Positions 25,259 to 39,034 are shown, numbered from the whole stretch's first letter. The stretch is 62,836 bases of DNA, filler included, from Sphacelaria rigidula (GCA_964200075.2; 11 parts of 11 records of this genome joined end to end with filler, not necessarily neighbours in it); one strand, 5' to 3'. Program-made: numbers and translations. The notes: a model not told the origin generated them from the letters alone.

Positions 25259-28200
25259 CTTCACCGTCCCGTGTACCGTTCGTGTCTGCATGCCATACCC
25301 TTCGTGTATTATTAACAAGTAGCTGAGTGAAATAAATATTGTTCCGTCCTCTACTTTAATCTGATATGTGCAGTAGAAGTACAGTGCGGCACTGTACTGC
25401 GGGATACCCCACCTGCATTATTCAACAGGCTGATTCACGCTCATCACCCAAAATTGGTGCGAGCTATTTGCAGGCTGTTGTGCAAATAAATGCGTACAGG
25501 TCGCGAACGCCTCTAGAACCAATTTCACGTCAAACCCAATTTCAAATGCTGATGAGCACACGAAACAACAGGTGTACTCAGTGACGCACAGCGTGCAGGG
25601 CCTGGCCTCTAACATCGATCATATTTTTTGTTGTTGTAGGGCAGGATGCTGTAAACGTAGGCAGCGATGAGTTGTTCTCTGCTCTGTACTACCGGGAATC
25701 ATAAAATCAGCCGTTTTTTCTCGGGGCACTTCAGGGCAATTTCTTGAAGAACAATTATTATCTTGATACTCTACTTGATGGTTGCTGCGGGATGGACAAC
25801 ATGATATATATTAGCTGAGTGTTCAAGGGTAATCAAATCATGTCATGAGAGTGTGCACTACGTAATGACAACCGTTCACACCCGCCGCAGCCCATGCGCA
25901 GGAACGCAGTATATCCGGGCAGATGACGACATTTGGATGCTCTGAGAAGTATACACGGCCGTATACCCGCAAGTACGGGAACCTGTGAAATCACATCAAT
26001 CACACCATCATTGCATTAAAAGTACCGTTGTCTGCTGTCTTCTGTGCGGACTGTACACCATGTACAGCGGACAACAGACAGCAGCAGTGGTACAGGAGTA
26101 CTACTGTGCAGGACCTATAGTGTTTTGAACAGTTGAAAAGCGGTGTGATACAGGAATGCTCCCAATACTCGTGCTGCCCCTTGGATAGCCTGTACAGTAC
26201 GCAGACACAGTGTACAGTGTGGAGTCTTGTACAAGAGCACTGCAACAACAGGCGGTATTCTCGAACGCAAGCAGCTGATTGATGCATGCTGTATACAGTC
26301 CGTGTCGTCAGAACATCCATACAATCGAGCATGCGCGGCGCTTAGCTGGCCAAGATCACAAGACAACTGTTTTCTCGTCGATATCGAGCAGACAGCTCAT
26401 CGCCGCAGGCGTGTGTGGTCTGCTGTTCTATGACGAGATGCTTTACCTACTGTCCTGCTGTGGACTGCTGCGAGGTGCGGCTGACCGTTGTTTCGTGTGT
26501 CCAGCATTTCGATTTGAAATTGGGTTTAACGTGGGTTGGTTCTGGAGGCGTTCGCGACCTGTACGGTCATATTTGTATACGCCACCTGCAAATAGGTCAG
26601 CAAATGCATTCCGCAATATCTACCCAAAAGTCGCATACATGATATCATACTGACCGTCATGGACCGCTGAAGAGCGTGACGTTGCCAGATTTGTGTGTAA
26701 TGAGCATGGTGGGTGAATTCAAAAACCAATGTGTTCGTTCTGAGACTGGCGGGTCTGCTAAAACGTGCTGTGGAACTGGTTCTTTCGTACAGGCAAGTCA
26801 AAGAGGCAAGTCAAAGGGTACGACATACAAAATACAAACCTGATCTGTATGTCATACCCTTTGAGGGAGGTTCTGCGAATCTGCCTGAACAGGATATACG
26901 CCGATCGGGGGTATTTTAGTCAGCATTACTCTGCACTATACCGGGTGACCGCAGTGTATGCCGGAATATAAGGTAGCAGTAACATCGCTCTGAGATAACG
27001 ACTTCTCTTGCGTGTGTCCCTTCCAGCGCGTATTATGAGTAATCCAGCAGCATGTGTTCGACGAACGACCAGTGTCGCACGATACAGTATCAGGAAACGA
27101 AGTTTTGAATATCTACAGCGACGACAAGGAGGGCATCAGTCGGCAATGCGGAACTTTGCCCCGGCTGGTTGCTCGATCTCGACCTTTGTAGCTACCCACT
27201 TCGCTCCGTCTAGCTTCTGCTGTCCAGCACCTGTCAACTTGGCCCCAAGGCATTGCGTGCCTGGTGTCGCCGATGAACCGTTCACGAGGGCTAATGCTGC
27301 CTTGACTCTTCATCAGCGGCTTGCGCGGCACATTCGATTGCTTCTGCGTGCTCTGAGTCTGCTGTTCACCTGGTCCCCGGTCGCAGTTTCGGGCTGTGCA
27401 GTTGCTCTCATCTCGCGATATCGCTTCTTACCGGAGGGCTGGAGCACGGAGCTCCGAGAGGCATGGTGGACTTCTCTCCTGAAGGTGAAGTGACCGACAT
27501 TGGTCGAAAAGGTATACCTTTGTTCTTTCCCCCCCAAAAGGTATGTTTTATGTTGGTACAGGATCGCGTAATTGACATGATGACATGATGCTATTAGCCC
27601 TTTTGGGACCGATCCCCCAACTCCCCCCAACTAACACGAGGATGACCATGCGTTATTATTATTATTATTTCCGCACATTGCTCCGATCTCGCGAACCCGT
27701 GGTCACAGACGTAGGCTCGTCTTTCCAATACCGTCCCTGGTATTCCTCACAAGATACCAAAAATAAATATTAGAAGAGAGACGCCACGAAAACATCTGAG
27801 AAGTACGAGCTGGGCCAGTTTTCCTAGTTTTAACAGCTTTCCTAGTTTCCCAAATGAACCCGATGTAAGCATGTCACTGTACCTGGTGACACACGGTACC
27901 ACCGCTGATCGAAAAAAAAAAATGAAAAAAAATGTGTTGCATAATATGTAATCTCAACGACGGACGAAAAAAAAGAGAATCTGTCAAGATTCGAAGTCGT
28001 GACCTCCATAATTGGAGTCTCCCATCACTTGATTTATAGGGGTGCAGCAACGTCACGGAAACTGTTGAACGCATGGCCCAATTCGGCGTATCTTGAGCTG
28101 AAATTTTAGGAAGACCTTCTGCACCGAAGGAACTGACACTTTACGTGTCCAGCCGCAGATTCTCATTTTTTTCGTGGACTTACGACATTATCTTGTTTTC

Positions 28201-28674
28201 GCTGGAATTTCTAATGCCTATAACTTATTTATTTATTTATTTTTCTCTGCTGCTCACGTGATCTTCTGCATTTCGATCATGAAAAGCTGCTGTCGAAATT
28301 TCAGCGTCCAGCTCCTAATATCGCGCCGTCCGTCGCCTGAGCGAGATTCACACACACTCTTGGCTGGCCCAGCTAATACTGCAGCTCCCCCAAGTTCGAA
28401 CGGGGGAAAAAAAACCGACAACGTCAGATCTGCCAGAAAGAAAAAAGGGCGATGGCCTAGAAAAGGTATACCTTCTCGTTTTTTGCCTAAGAAAGGTACG
28501 AAAAATGGCCNNNNNNNNNNNNNNNNNNNNNNNNNNNNNNNNNNNNNNNNNNNNTTAATTAATTAANNNNNNNNNNNNNNNNNNNNNNNNNNNNNNNNNN
28601 NNNNNNNNNNTGCTTCATTCTTTGGTATCGACACTTCCAGAGACAGCCACGGCTTTTACACTGCCTCATGGGTG

Positions 28675-28927
28675 CATACATACTACGATAGGGGCGGGGG
28701 GGTATTTGATTGCACGAAAAAAAAGGATTATAAGTGTGTCAGACAACCTGCCACACTCACGGTGCGCTTGCGTTTGGTTCAAAACGATGTCAATCGGCCG
28801 ACTAAGCGTCACGTGTCTATAACAAGCTTGTTCGAGCAACCGTTGCCGCTTTCAAGGACGATTTGACCTGGAACTTCGTGCAGGAAATGGCCCAAAATAC
28901 CCCATCCCCCCTATTGTAGCATGACTC
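28675..28927. mobile_element. Sola-like MITE family A copy
   Basis: CATACTACGATAGGGG ... CCCCCTATTGTAGCATGACTC; internal sequence similar to the reverse complement of 4884-5133. Confidence 0.85.
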
Positions 28928-31115
28928 CTCAAGTTTTACTTTACAAGCACACATTCGACTAGAACTCTCTCTCTTTACTCGCCGGTCGTCTTTGTGAACG
29001 ATCGTCACAACCAGAGTATAAGTTTAACTCACGAACACGATCATTTACCATCACATCAGCTCACCATGACTCGTGAGAAGTGTAGTTCCTACTAAAACAA
29101 AACGAAGTGGAATCGAGACACTTCACTCCCACACCACAAAAAAGTGAGGCTCATTTCAAAGTCCAAGCATTCATCGGTACGGAGCACGATGAGGTACGAC
29201 CAACACAAAAAACAATTACACTGCTAAAAACACTGCAGTATCCTCGAATGCCGTGAGCATTTCAGGGAGAATCATGGGAAATCGGAGGCCTATGATCGAA
29301 ACGATTATCATACACTCCCATGGCTACATCATATTTGAAATAGTCAACTCTTTTTCGGAATCGCAGGTTTTTTAGTTTTGTTGGAAAAACAAGCAAGCAG
29401 GCTTGCCAAGCCATTAAATCACTCCGATAACCAGTTTATGCTAGTCATTCGTCTTAATAAATTAACGAAATTCAACGACGTACAGTCGATTCATCGCGGA
29501 AAACATAGTTTTCCTCCAGACCCATACGTTGGAAAAAAAACGAAATACGCATGATACGGACAAGCCAACTCGTTTATCGTGAGTTAATTGTCAGCACATG
29601 TTTGTGTAGAGTGCAACGTGTTGCCAAGTACGCCTGGGAGATGGTCCAGTCGTACAACATGCTTTTGTTTCTTCACTCACACAACAATATACGAAACCAG
29701 CCGGCCGATTTGAGAGATTGAGTATTCGTAAACGTCAATAGAAACAAAATTGAACTACACACAACCACCGGAGATAAAATCAAGGCGGATCGCTCAAGAT
29801 CTTTCTGAACCACAACAAATACGCGGAGAGAGAGGACTAGCGCAGTCCGCTTCTTACGGTACTCGTCCTTTGGGACGAAAACGAGATGGTGTGCACACAA
29901 ACTGAAGAGGAGAACCCGATAGCATGATACTTGATGATTTTATATGCGGAGACGTTTGCAATGAAATATACTACGACTTTAATGACAGAATTCTTCAACG
30001 TCGTAACGTACGGCGCGGCCATGGGTGACCACGCTGTATCTTACGAATCACCAAAAAACAGCGGATCCTGAAAAATGGGGTTGAACACCAAAATGGGGCT
30101 CAACCTCTACTTGGGTTCTCGGTAGTTTGGCCGAAACAGTCAAGTTATGGAAAGCGCTTTCGCTTGTATTCGGGTCCCAAGTAGTTTTGGTAGCTGGCGT
30201 GGCTACCCGCGCGCGTCTCGCCGACGACGGCACCGGAGTACCCATGGCGACGATAAGGCCCTCGCGCGCGTCCTTCGTGTGTTCCTACAACAACACAGCG
30301 GTCTCGTCGCTGCCGTGCCGCTTCGGTGACCGCACGGCACGGTGTGTGGCAGTTGATATGGGTGTGCGTTTCTTTGCGTTGTGTGCGGTATCTGCCATCT
30401 ACTAATTTGTAGGTTAGGGTTAGGAAGGAAGCCTGCCGCACGACCAACTGCGGGCATCAACTTGCGCGTGATACAGAGCGGCTATCCGGGCGATTGTGTC
30501 CTCCAACTCCTCAGCGGCGCAAGAGCAACGCCTTACTGTTCGGATGTTTCTGCATTTGTTTTCTTCACCTGCTCTCCCTTGGACAAGGAGGGGCATGGCC
30601 AACAGCCGGAGTGGAAAAAGAGAAGAAGTGAAGCGTGGAAACGCATGCGGTAACGACGAACAAAAACGGTCCAGATCACGCCTCAACACCCTTGCCTGTC
30701 CCCTCCGCGCCCTAGTCGCTTTACTGCCACGCGTCGTGCCGCCTGCAACGAAGCACCAACCAACCACCGGCCTCTACTTTACGAAGGAAAAACCAGAGTA
30801 ACACTAACCCAAGTCCAACAACACTAACCCATGTCCAATGATATACTCGTGTCAATCCGACATCACCGCTACCCCCAGCGCCAGCAACAAAATCACCACC
30901 GCCCTATTTGACTATCCCTCGAACCGCCCCCGCCGAAATCCCGCCACTCTCGCTCTTGCTTTCACCCCCCTTCAACACCCCTACTCGGCAACACTTTCTT
31001 CGCCATCGGATTTCTGTCGCCGCCGACACCATCAACAACAATACCGCCGTTTGCACCGCCCGAATCGGCGCCTACGGACCCCTACTACGACGACAGGATA
31101 AAATATGTGCGGCTG

Positions 31116-31920
31116 TCAGGCGGACACCCAAGTCAATTTTATTTTTGGCTCCTGTAGTCGAATCTCAACCAGCTTCGGGTGCGGCTCCTCCCGCAACCCG
31201 CCGCATACCCCCTCCCTTATTCCCGCCGGCACCCGTGGACATTTCAAATCCTGTCGTCTCTCGACTGTTGTCCCCGACTTTGTTTTCTTCATTCTGCTCC
31301 CCGTACTTTTCCCGCTCGGCATGTGCGTTATGATCGAATTAGGAATGTATTTTCCCGCTCTCAGGCTTGCGCAAGATGCGACGACATCCTCGCATGCCAT
31401 CCAGTCCACATCCGGTACCAGTTTCTGTCTCTTCTTCGTGCCCGAGACAAGTCTTTCTCTGAAATCCATGTCGAACACACCCTTCCCGTACTGGAAAGTA
31501 GTAGACCTCGACGCGTTCTCCCGCATACGACGGTTGGAAGGCGATAGCCAGGATACCTCCACTTCGTTGTGATAGGCCGCGACACCATCCTTCCCCATCC
31601 TGCGCGTACCAATAACTTGACCCGCCAGAAAAGGTGCATCATGGGCAAGGAAGAACACGTACTCTCCCTTGGCCAAGGAAGGAATCTCAGGGGCTGAGTG
31701 TAGTTGTCCGCCGTCATCTCGCTCGCGCTGGCACGAATCGACGTCGTCGCGGGTGGGTCCATCCGATTGAACTCCAGCCCCCGCGTTCTTGTTGCTGCCC
31801 ATGAGCGGTCCCGGCGACGGCAACCACCAATCGTCCAGCTCTCACTCGCAGAGGCCCTCTGCCTCCAGCAGTGTCGCGGAGTGATCCATCTCTGCCTTTA
31901 TTTCGTCCTGTTTCGCGAGA
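31116..31920 (-). pseudogene. Degenerate exon of unknown function, possibly a transposase C-terminal beta-rich domain
   Basis: Candidate TGTGCAG acceptor, one in-frame stop, then GEYVFFLAHDAPFLAGQVIG...VEVSWLSP...DVDWMACEDVVASCASLRAGKYIP; globular-looking composition. Confidence 0.4.
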
Positions 31921-34456
31921 TCTGCACAGCGTGGCACGGATGCAGTGATGCGTCATGGATCCACATAGACAAAATCAATATAGGTTACGATACATCGATC
32001 GTGAGTCGCTGTGCTTCCGCACCTCGCGCCCGGGTGTCACAGGACAGAGGGCGTGGCGCAATGTTGAATAGAGGAGAACAGTACGTGTTGGAATCAATAT
32101 CCACCCCCTTCCTCCCTGGTGTTATATGAACCAAATCTTGACATCGCGTCTCAGTTTTCAAGAGTTTTGCAGGCGGAAATGGTATGGAGAACTGCTAATG
32201 CATATTAAAAAAAATAAGTAGAACCTTTCTCACTTTCTATGTACTTTTTGTGATCTATTTTTGGCGTATTGTAGCGGGGGTGGGGGGTAAATGAACGTTG
32301 CTATTGGGGATTGTCTCGTTTTTTTGACGTCAAACTTTTGGACTGCGCTTACCTTTTCAGCGTGGACAACCACGGAGGTATGGTGAACAAATGAAGAAAG
32401 TGAACCTTCATAGTTTTTGGCGAGAGCTTCGTTTATCGGCAAAACAACTGTCGGCAGTATACCATAACGCGCTAAACCACTGGCAAAGAGGTTAATACGT
32501 ACAATCGACTGTGCGCTTGGCAATCCCGGCTCCCCTCATTTTTGAGAGTTCGACCCTAAGACGGTGCATGGAGAAATAAATGAGGGACTGCGCGGAGAAA
32601 AAGTTTCGAACACGCCCCCCCCCCCCCCCCCCAGAGGGCATTACTTGCGGACAATTGTCGTGATTTTTTTATATCAATTTTGGCGCAGGAAATCGAGCAA
32701 TAATCACTGCCAAAAACCGAAAAGTCTGGTGGGCTCAGGGGGGTTTGTATATCTGCTTCTGTTCATTACCCGCTGTGTCCCGATGACCTCGGATGCCGGA
32801 GGACATTTGTGCCAAAATTGCAATAACTGTTCATACTAGTTTCGACCATCTTGTTGCAAGAGTTGATCTATAAACACTGCCAAAAGCCGCAAAGCCTGAT
32901 GGGCTTTGCAGGATTCATATACTCGCTTCTACTCCTTGCCCGCTCTGTCCCGATGGCCTCAGGTCCCCATGTCAATGATATCTGTTCGCAGCACCTGACC
33001 GCATCCGCCTACTCTTCGGTAACAAACGGGGGAGCGGGCCGCGAGCGTCGCCCCCCATCAAAACTGGGGGTTTGTTATGTCGGGGCATGCATGGTCATAC
33101 TTGTGTCTGAACGCTGCCCCTTCGGCCTGGTGACAAAAAATATCACGCGTCCCGTCTGCGTCGTCTTTGGTGGGTTCCCGGGATTTGGCTCTTTACGAAG
33201 AAGAGGTGAATATTGCTTGCCGCTCCTGAAAACAATTTAGTTCAGGTTTGATGATAAGTGTTGGTTGATGCTGTTTTCATTCTCTGTACCAATTTTGAAA
33301 ATCCAAAACTCGACGTCTACGTTAGACGGGTGCGACTTCAAGACAGTGGCGGTTGAAATCAGGAAACAGGGATGACTACACCCCTTCCTGTCGAAGGGTT
33401 ACTGGTGTTTGCAATTGTTGGGTGGGGCCTCGTGAGGGAAAAACGAGAAACAAATGGTGACATTGATATATTTCTGTCATTTATTTTGGCGCTGGTTTCC
33501 CAATATATCGGGAATTTAATACCATGTGTTCACGACGTCACGCGAACCTATCGGAAATGACCGAGAAAGGAAGGCGTACTCTGCCTTCTCAACGTGCTTG
33601 TGCCATTCTCCAGAGCACAGTTCTAACACTTGAGCTGATACAAGGATAACATTCAAGAACACCCGCTTCTTCGCCAATCTCCCGTACGGAACGAGACAGA
33701 AAATGGGAAGAAAACATAGATAACAACTGATACAGTCCCGTCGTGCTCGCATGTGCATATGGAGTAAACACGGGTAAAACAGACATGTATATCTTACGAC
33801 GTAATCGTGGGCGACCTGCCAAGTCGGGTATTTATGCGGGGTCGGTCGTACCGTTCTCGCAGTCCAAATCGTTTGGCGACCTCTCTGCCTCCGCTCTCTC
33901 GTCCATCGGGACGGGCTACAGGCTGACGACAACCGAAGCAGTAGTAACGAGTCAGGCGATTCGCCGTCGATATGAGGTTGGATGGTACCAGTCAGCACGA
34001 TCGATGTAGGGGGCTCGTCTTCGCGCGAATCCGGGTGCGAGCGCAACGACAAAAAATAACATGGGCATTCAAACCCCATGTCTAGTAGTTCATGTACCGT
34101 ACGGATATGGCGTCCACTAATCCACATGAAACCGGCACTTTCTACGATAGCCCCCCCCCCCCCCCCCCCAAAAGGACAGGGTGTGGGGGGGGAAAGTTTA
34201 CGCGAAAACAAAAAAGGGAGAAGGGGGGAAANNNNNNNNNNNNNNNNNNNNNNNNNNNNNNNNNNNNNNNNNNNNTTAATTAATTAANNNNNNNNNNNNN
34301 NNNNNNNNNNNNNNNNNNNNNNNNNNNNNNNCCCCCCGTGCTCCGTCTAGAAAGGTATCCGTGGCCAATGGTCAAACGACTAAGGCAAGCAACAAATGAG
34401 GAGGCCCCCCCCCCCCTCCCTACCACCCTCCCTGAAGTGGGTTGTGTTCACCGTCA

Positions 34457-34707
34457 GTTGTGGGTCTGTGCTCTCATCTTCTTATTAATTTTTGGTTTAG
34501 TTGTATTCGAGCAAAGAAAGCGACGATTGAAGCCATGTTGGTTGGTCGCATTGGTGATTTTGGTTCAGCTTTGTCTATTTCTTGTAGTCTTGTATGTTTT
34601 GGTGCTACAGATTATGCTACAGTGTTTGCTTTAGCTCCACAATTTTATCATCTAACCTTCAATTTTGTTGGTTGGAAGTAAATCTATTTACTACTATTGG
34701 TACTTTC
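34457..34707 (+). pseudogene. nad5: Nuclear mitochondrial insertion (NUMT) of NADH dehydrogenase subunit 5
   Basis: VGLCSHLLINFWFSCIRAKKATIEAMLVGRIGDFGSAL...DYATVFALAP resembles ND5 GVGLCSYLLINFWFTR..ANKAAIKAMLVNRIGDFG; T-rich island with a frameshift near 34675. Confidence 0.9.
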
Positions 34708-34784
34708 GTTGTCCAGAGGTCTCATTTCGGGCGTTCTATCCAGAGGTCAGATTATCGTCACCATTCGCGGTTTGGATTGGTCAT

Positions 34785-35144
34785 TTGTGTGTGGTGTGTT
34801 GCCATCCCATCTATTCTGGACGCTGGTCTACACCTTTCGGAAAGTGTGGGCGGACGAGCCGGGGTCACACAGGAGGATGGCTAACACAGGATTTTTTTTT
34901 TTTCAGTTCTCTACCTTCCTTCTGCGGTGGTTGCTTTTCTATGTTATCGCGAGAGGGGTTCCAGTGGTCCCTCCCCCTTGTCGCCTGTGGCGTCGGATTT
35001 TGTGTATCCACGACATGGTCACTCTCCACTACTTTTGGGCATTGTGTGAAAAAAATCCCAGATCATGTGACTGCACCGAGATTCGAACCCACGACCGAAC
35101 CGCCAGAGTGAGTCGAGGTTACCAACGGAGCCACCGGGGCGATC
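34785..35144 (-). mobile_element. tRNA-derived SINE
   Basis: A box GGTGGCTCCGTTGGTAAC, B box GGGTTCGAATCTCGG, conserved body and CA-rich tail. Confidence 0.85.
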
Positions 35145-37113
35145 AGTCACTTCCCCTCCTTTTCCTCTTTATTCTTGTTTCCTCGTATTTTTTTCCCCCC
35201 GGATAAGTCACACACTGATGCCCCCCCCCTCCCCCCCGGACGGGGATAAGATATGTAAAGGGTTTTTGTAAAGTGTATGGAAGAAGCGTAATGAGCGCCC
35301 AAATCTTCCAGGTGTTCATATTACGAGTAGGAACGATGCTCCGTCTCGAAAGGGATGCGTAGTCAATGATGAAACGACTAAGGCAAGTAAGCAATGAGTA
35401 CGCTCCCCTCCCTGCCCCACTGCCGCTGTCGAGTTTCTTATAACAAAAAATCCCCGTGGGTTCACATCGAGGAGCACAGTACGATGTTGGGTCTACCTTG
35501 GCACAGCAGCTCTAGTCGTTGCGCGGAAAAACATAATGTGCGACAATCAATCGATCAACCAAGCCGTTGCCTCCTTGTCACCGCCACCCTCATAGCCATT
35601 TTCGGATTTCAGGAAGTTGATGGTATTGGTATGTGTTCTGTCATTGGGTCGAACCTAGTCCATGTTGCTGGACCGTGAGGAAAAAAAGGGAATATATCAA
35701 GAGTCGGACGAATAATGATTCGTCTGGAAATTACTGGGTTTTAGTATGATGAGTCGACTCGTGACAAATCAATCCCTGGGCTTTATTTCAGCGTGGCGAC
35801 CCAGGTACACGCAGCCAAGACACTTGGAATGGCGCAAAAGTTTCGTGGATTCCCCTTGGACCAGCGATCAACTTTTTTCTCCCTTTTGGGCAATCAGGCT
35901 GAATAAATCGTGGATTTGGTGATTTTTTGTCGTGATGATTAGTCCTTACTGTGGAATATATACATATATATATGTATATGTGTACATATAGATCGGTTTC
36001 GATTTGTAGATTACTACATTTGTTTGTTTTACGCTCCCCTCCCCCTTCCCTAATTTTTTCCTTCTCTTCAGCACGAATCTTTTCGTATCCTTCAATCTTA
36101 TGACCAGGAACAGGTGATGTGTGACAATCAATCACACGTCGGACAGATGACGATTGACACGTCTGAAAATTAGTTCATCTCAGTGTACTGATCCGGATCA
36201 TGATCCGAACCATTCGTCCTCCCCCTTTTCTATGTTTGCTCCCTGGAGCGCTGGACGCCGAGTAGCGCAACGGTTGCGCTTCAGCTTTTCAGACACCCTC
36301 GTCACATAGTTTGTGTTTTTTTCTTCACTAACGGATCCGAGAAGTCTTCTTTGATTCTTTGTTTTTCAGATGGATCATGGTCTGTCCGACGTGCGCAATC
36401 AATCGATCAAGCCAATGTCTGCGTGCTGCTGCTTGGTTGCTCTTGCTATTGCTCTTGCTATTGCGCCGCAATTTCTGCAACAAGCCCCGTGCGGGTTGCG
36501 CGATGATACTCGATGGATCTTTGCTTACTCTTTGTTGCGTTCATGGGAACAATCCGAGGGTCGGGTGAATGAATGAATCATCTGGAAATTACCTGATTTT
36601 GGTGTAATTGATTCGTACCATACGAATCAATCGTTGAGCTTCGTTTTCGGCGTTGCAACCCAGGACGAGCCGCCCAGGAACGTGGAATGGCGCAAAAATT
36701 GCGTGCAGACCCTTTTGACCAGCAGAGAACAGCTTTTTTTCTCTCTTTCGTGCAATCTCGCCTGAAAAATCGTAGATTTTAGTTATTCGAAGCGGCGATG
36801 ATACGTGTGAACCGTGAAAAAATGATGAGAAAAAACTAACAAACACTGCTATAATAGCTGAATGCTTGTTTTTTCCTGTTGTTGTGGGGAACAACGATAA
36901 CAACATCCAAACACACGCAGGCCCTTCGCGAGCAAGTAACGGAAGAATCCATCCGGGCACCGATCGAGGCGGCCATGGCCAAGAAGGTGTGTGTGCTTCT
37001 ACTGATTGATCAATTGATTGATTCACCGTCTCTCTCATGTTGTCCTGTTCGTATGTGTGTGTGTGTCTCTTGCTTTGTGTTTGCAATCTATCTCTTCTGT
37101 GGCACCTGCTTAA

Positions 37114-37315
37114 CCCGTAGACCGCGAGGTTAGTCTTTCTGGATCACACATATTTTTTTCAAGTGAAACTGATGCCGATTCAACAGATGACCTACTCTCG
37201 CTGTCAAGGAGTTAACCCTTAGATTGCGGTGCGGGTAGTCCATCTAGATCACGCATACTTCTCTCAGTCCAATTGATGCAGATTCAGTAGATTACCTACC
37301 CTCGCGGTCAAAGCG
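37114..37315. mobile_element. Two head-to-tail ~100-bp piggyBac-like MITEs (37114-37211, 37216-37315)
   Basis: TTAA at 37110-37113 and 37212-37215; ends CCCGTAGACCGCGAGG... / ...CTCGCTGTCAAGGAG; TTAA target with CCC termini is the piggyBac signature. Confidence 0.75.
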
Positions 37316-39034
37316 TTCAACCCTTTCGAATCCCATTGACGATTTTGTTTTGGGGGAATCGGCATCATTTTGACTCGAGAATGACTGAAAATGATGGCTA
37401 CTCACGAAAAACAAAAATTATCAATGGGTTCCGGAAGGGTCAAGCGACTCGCCACCATTTGTTGTGCAAAAGGTAGAGTAGCACGAGGTTTTGCAATATC
37501 ACACTTCGCTGTATATATCTTGTTTTTTGTATGGGAACATGACGTTCTGCACCAGGGGACTAACTCGAAGACTCAAGATTGTCGAATTGCAGGATAGGAC
37601 TTTTATACTGCGACTGATGGTCGCACGTTATGGATATAATGGGGTGCACTTACCCCGAAACGTGCTGTTATTGGACCAAAGTGATTCGACCGCGCCGGGA
37701 AGATGACATGTTTAGTATGCACCTGACGCGTGCTTGTTGCTTCTAGGTTTTCCTTTTGCCCTTTCCGCAGTATCTATGGCTGTTGCGGGTGGTGTTTTCT
37801 CCGTGTAGCCCGCTTCCTCATCACGGGAATTGATGATTAAGAAAAATAACAACAAAAACCCCCCAAGAAAGTAGCTGCGTGCGCTGTCGCTCCATCAAAA
37901 CCCAGCAGAGAAACGCGGTGAACTAGTACACATACACACAGTATTCGTAGGCATTTATGGCTGGATACCTTGGAGATAGGTTAATGTGCGACGATCAATC
38001 AATATTTCAAACAATATCTGTAACCCGTTGCTCTCCTTGGACGTCACTGATGATGGTATTTATTTTCGTTTGGTTTTGATTTTTGTTCGTATTCAGTTTA
38101 CTCCTTTTGTTGCATATATATATATATATATATGTGTGTGTATTTATTTTATTTTTTTCTTCGTTTATTTTTCCTCAGTGAGGATCGGCATTTTGTTTTG
38201 CCTTGGGTACATCCATCTGGTGACCACGACCGGGTGCTTCTTGTGGGAAAATGATCAGTTAATGTGCGAAAATCAATCAAATAATGAGAGATGGAGAAAA
38301 TAAACGAAAGGAGAAGGAGGAGCAAAAACAAGAAATGATGGAACACGTGTGCTGAATTACGGTGTGTCATTTTTTTATTTTACTTTACGCACGCGGTACA
38401 CGCGTGTTCACATCTCCCATGTTCGTTTTTGGAGCTGTTGATTCGACGTTTCTCACGTCTTGTCCCCCCCCCCCCCCCCCCCCCCCCCTTTTTTTCTTTC
38501 TTTTTTTTTCTCTCTTTCTTTTTTTGTTTTTTTTTTTTTTTTTTTCGTTGTTCTCTTGTGTTNNNNNNNNNNGGACCCCGGGGTTTACCTCTCCCCTTTT
38601 TCTTTTTTGGGGTTTTTGTTTCACGGTTTTCACGTCTTTGGCCCCCCCCCCCCCCCCCCTCTGTTTTTTTCTTCCTTCGTTTTCTCCTTGTTTTTCTTGT
38701 ACTGTCGACCGTGTGTCCGTGCGTATGTCCCGTGCGTCCGCTCTTGCATGGTCGACTCGGTGACCTGTGAACCGATCCATAGGCGGACGTGACCTCGATC
38801 GAGGTTATGCTGTTGGAAGACCTGGTGGAGTGTAAGGGAAAGGTAAGGAAGGCACCGCTCGGTTCCCCCTACATTCATGTATATATACATTCATATTCAA
38901 TTATTTCTGCACGTTCGAGTCTTGTTTTTTTCCTCCGTGGTTTCTTCAATTCTTCCTTCGATCAATCAGTACACGCAGGGCAAAATAAAAATCAAGACGG
39001 TTTGTTTTCCGGCTCTCCGCTGCACTTATGGTAC

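Noticed and set aside
25543..25590. Minimal hammerhead ribozyme (CTGATGAGCACACGAAAC)
   Set aside because: Helices I and III cannot be formed convincingly, and the inverted sister copy at ~26490 lacks CTGATGA
38362..38792. Hydrophobic or Lys-rich ORFs
   Set aside because: They translate low-quality homopolymer runs around an internal N gap; the same applies near 8900-9130
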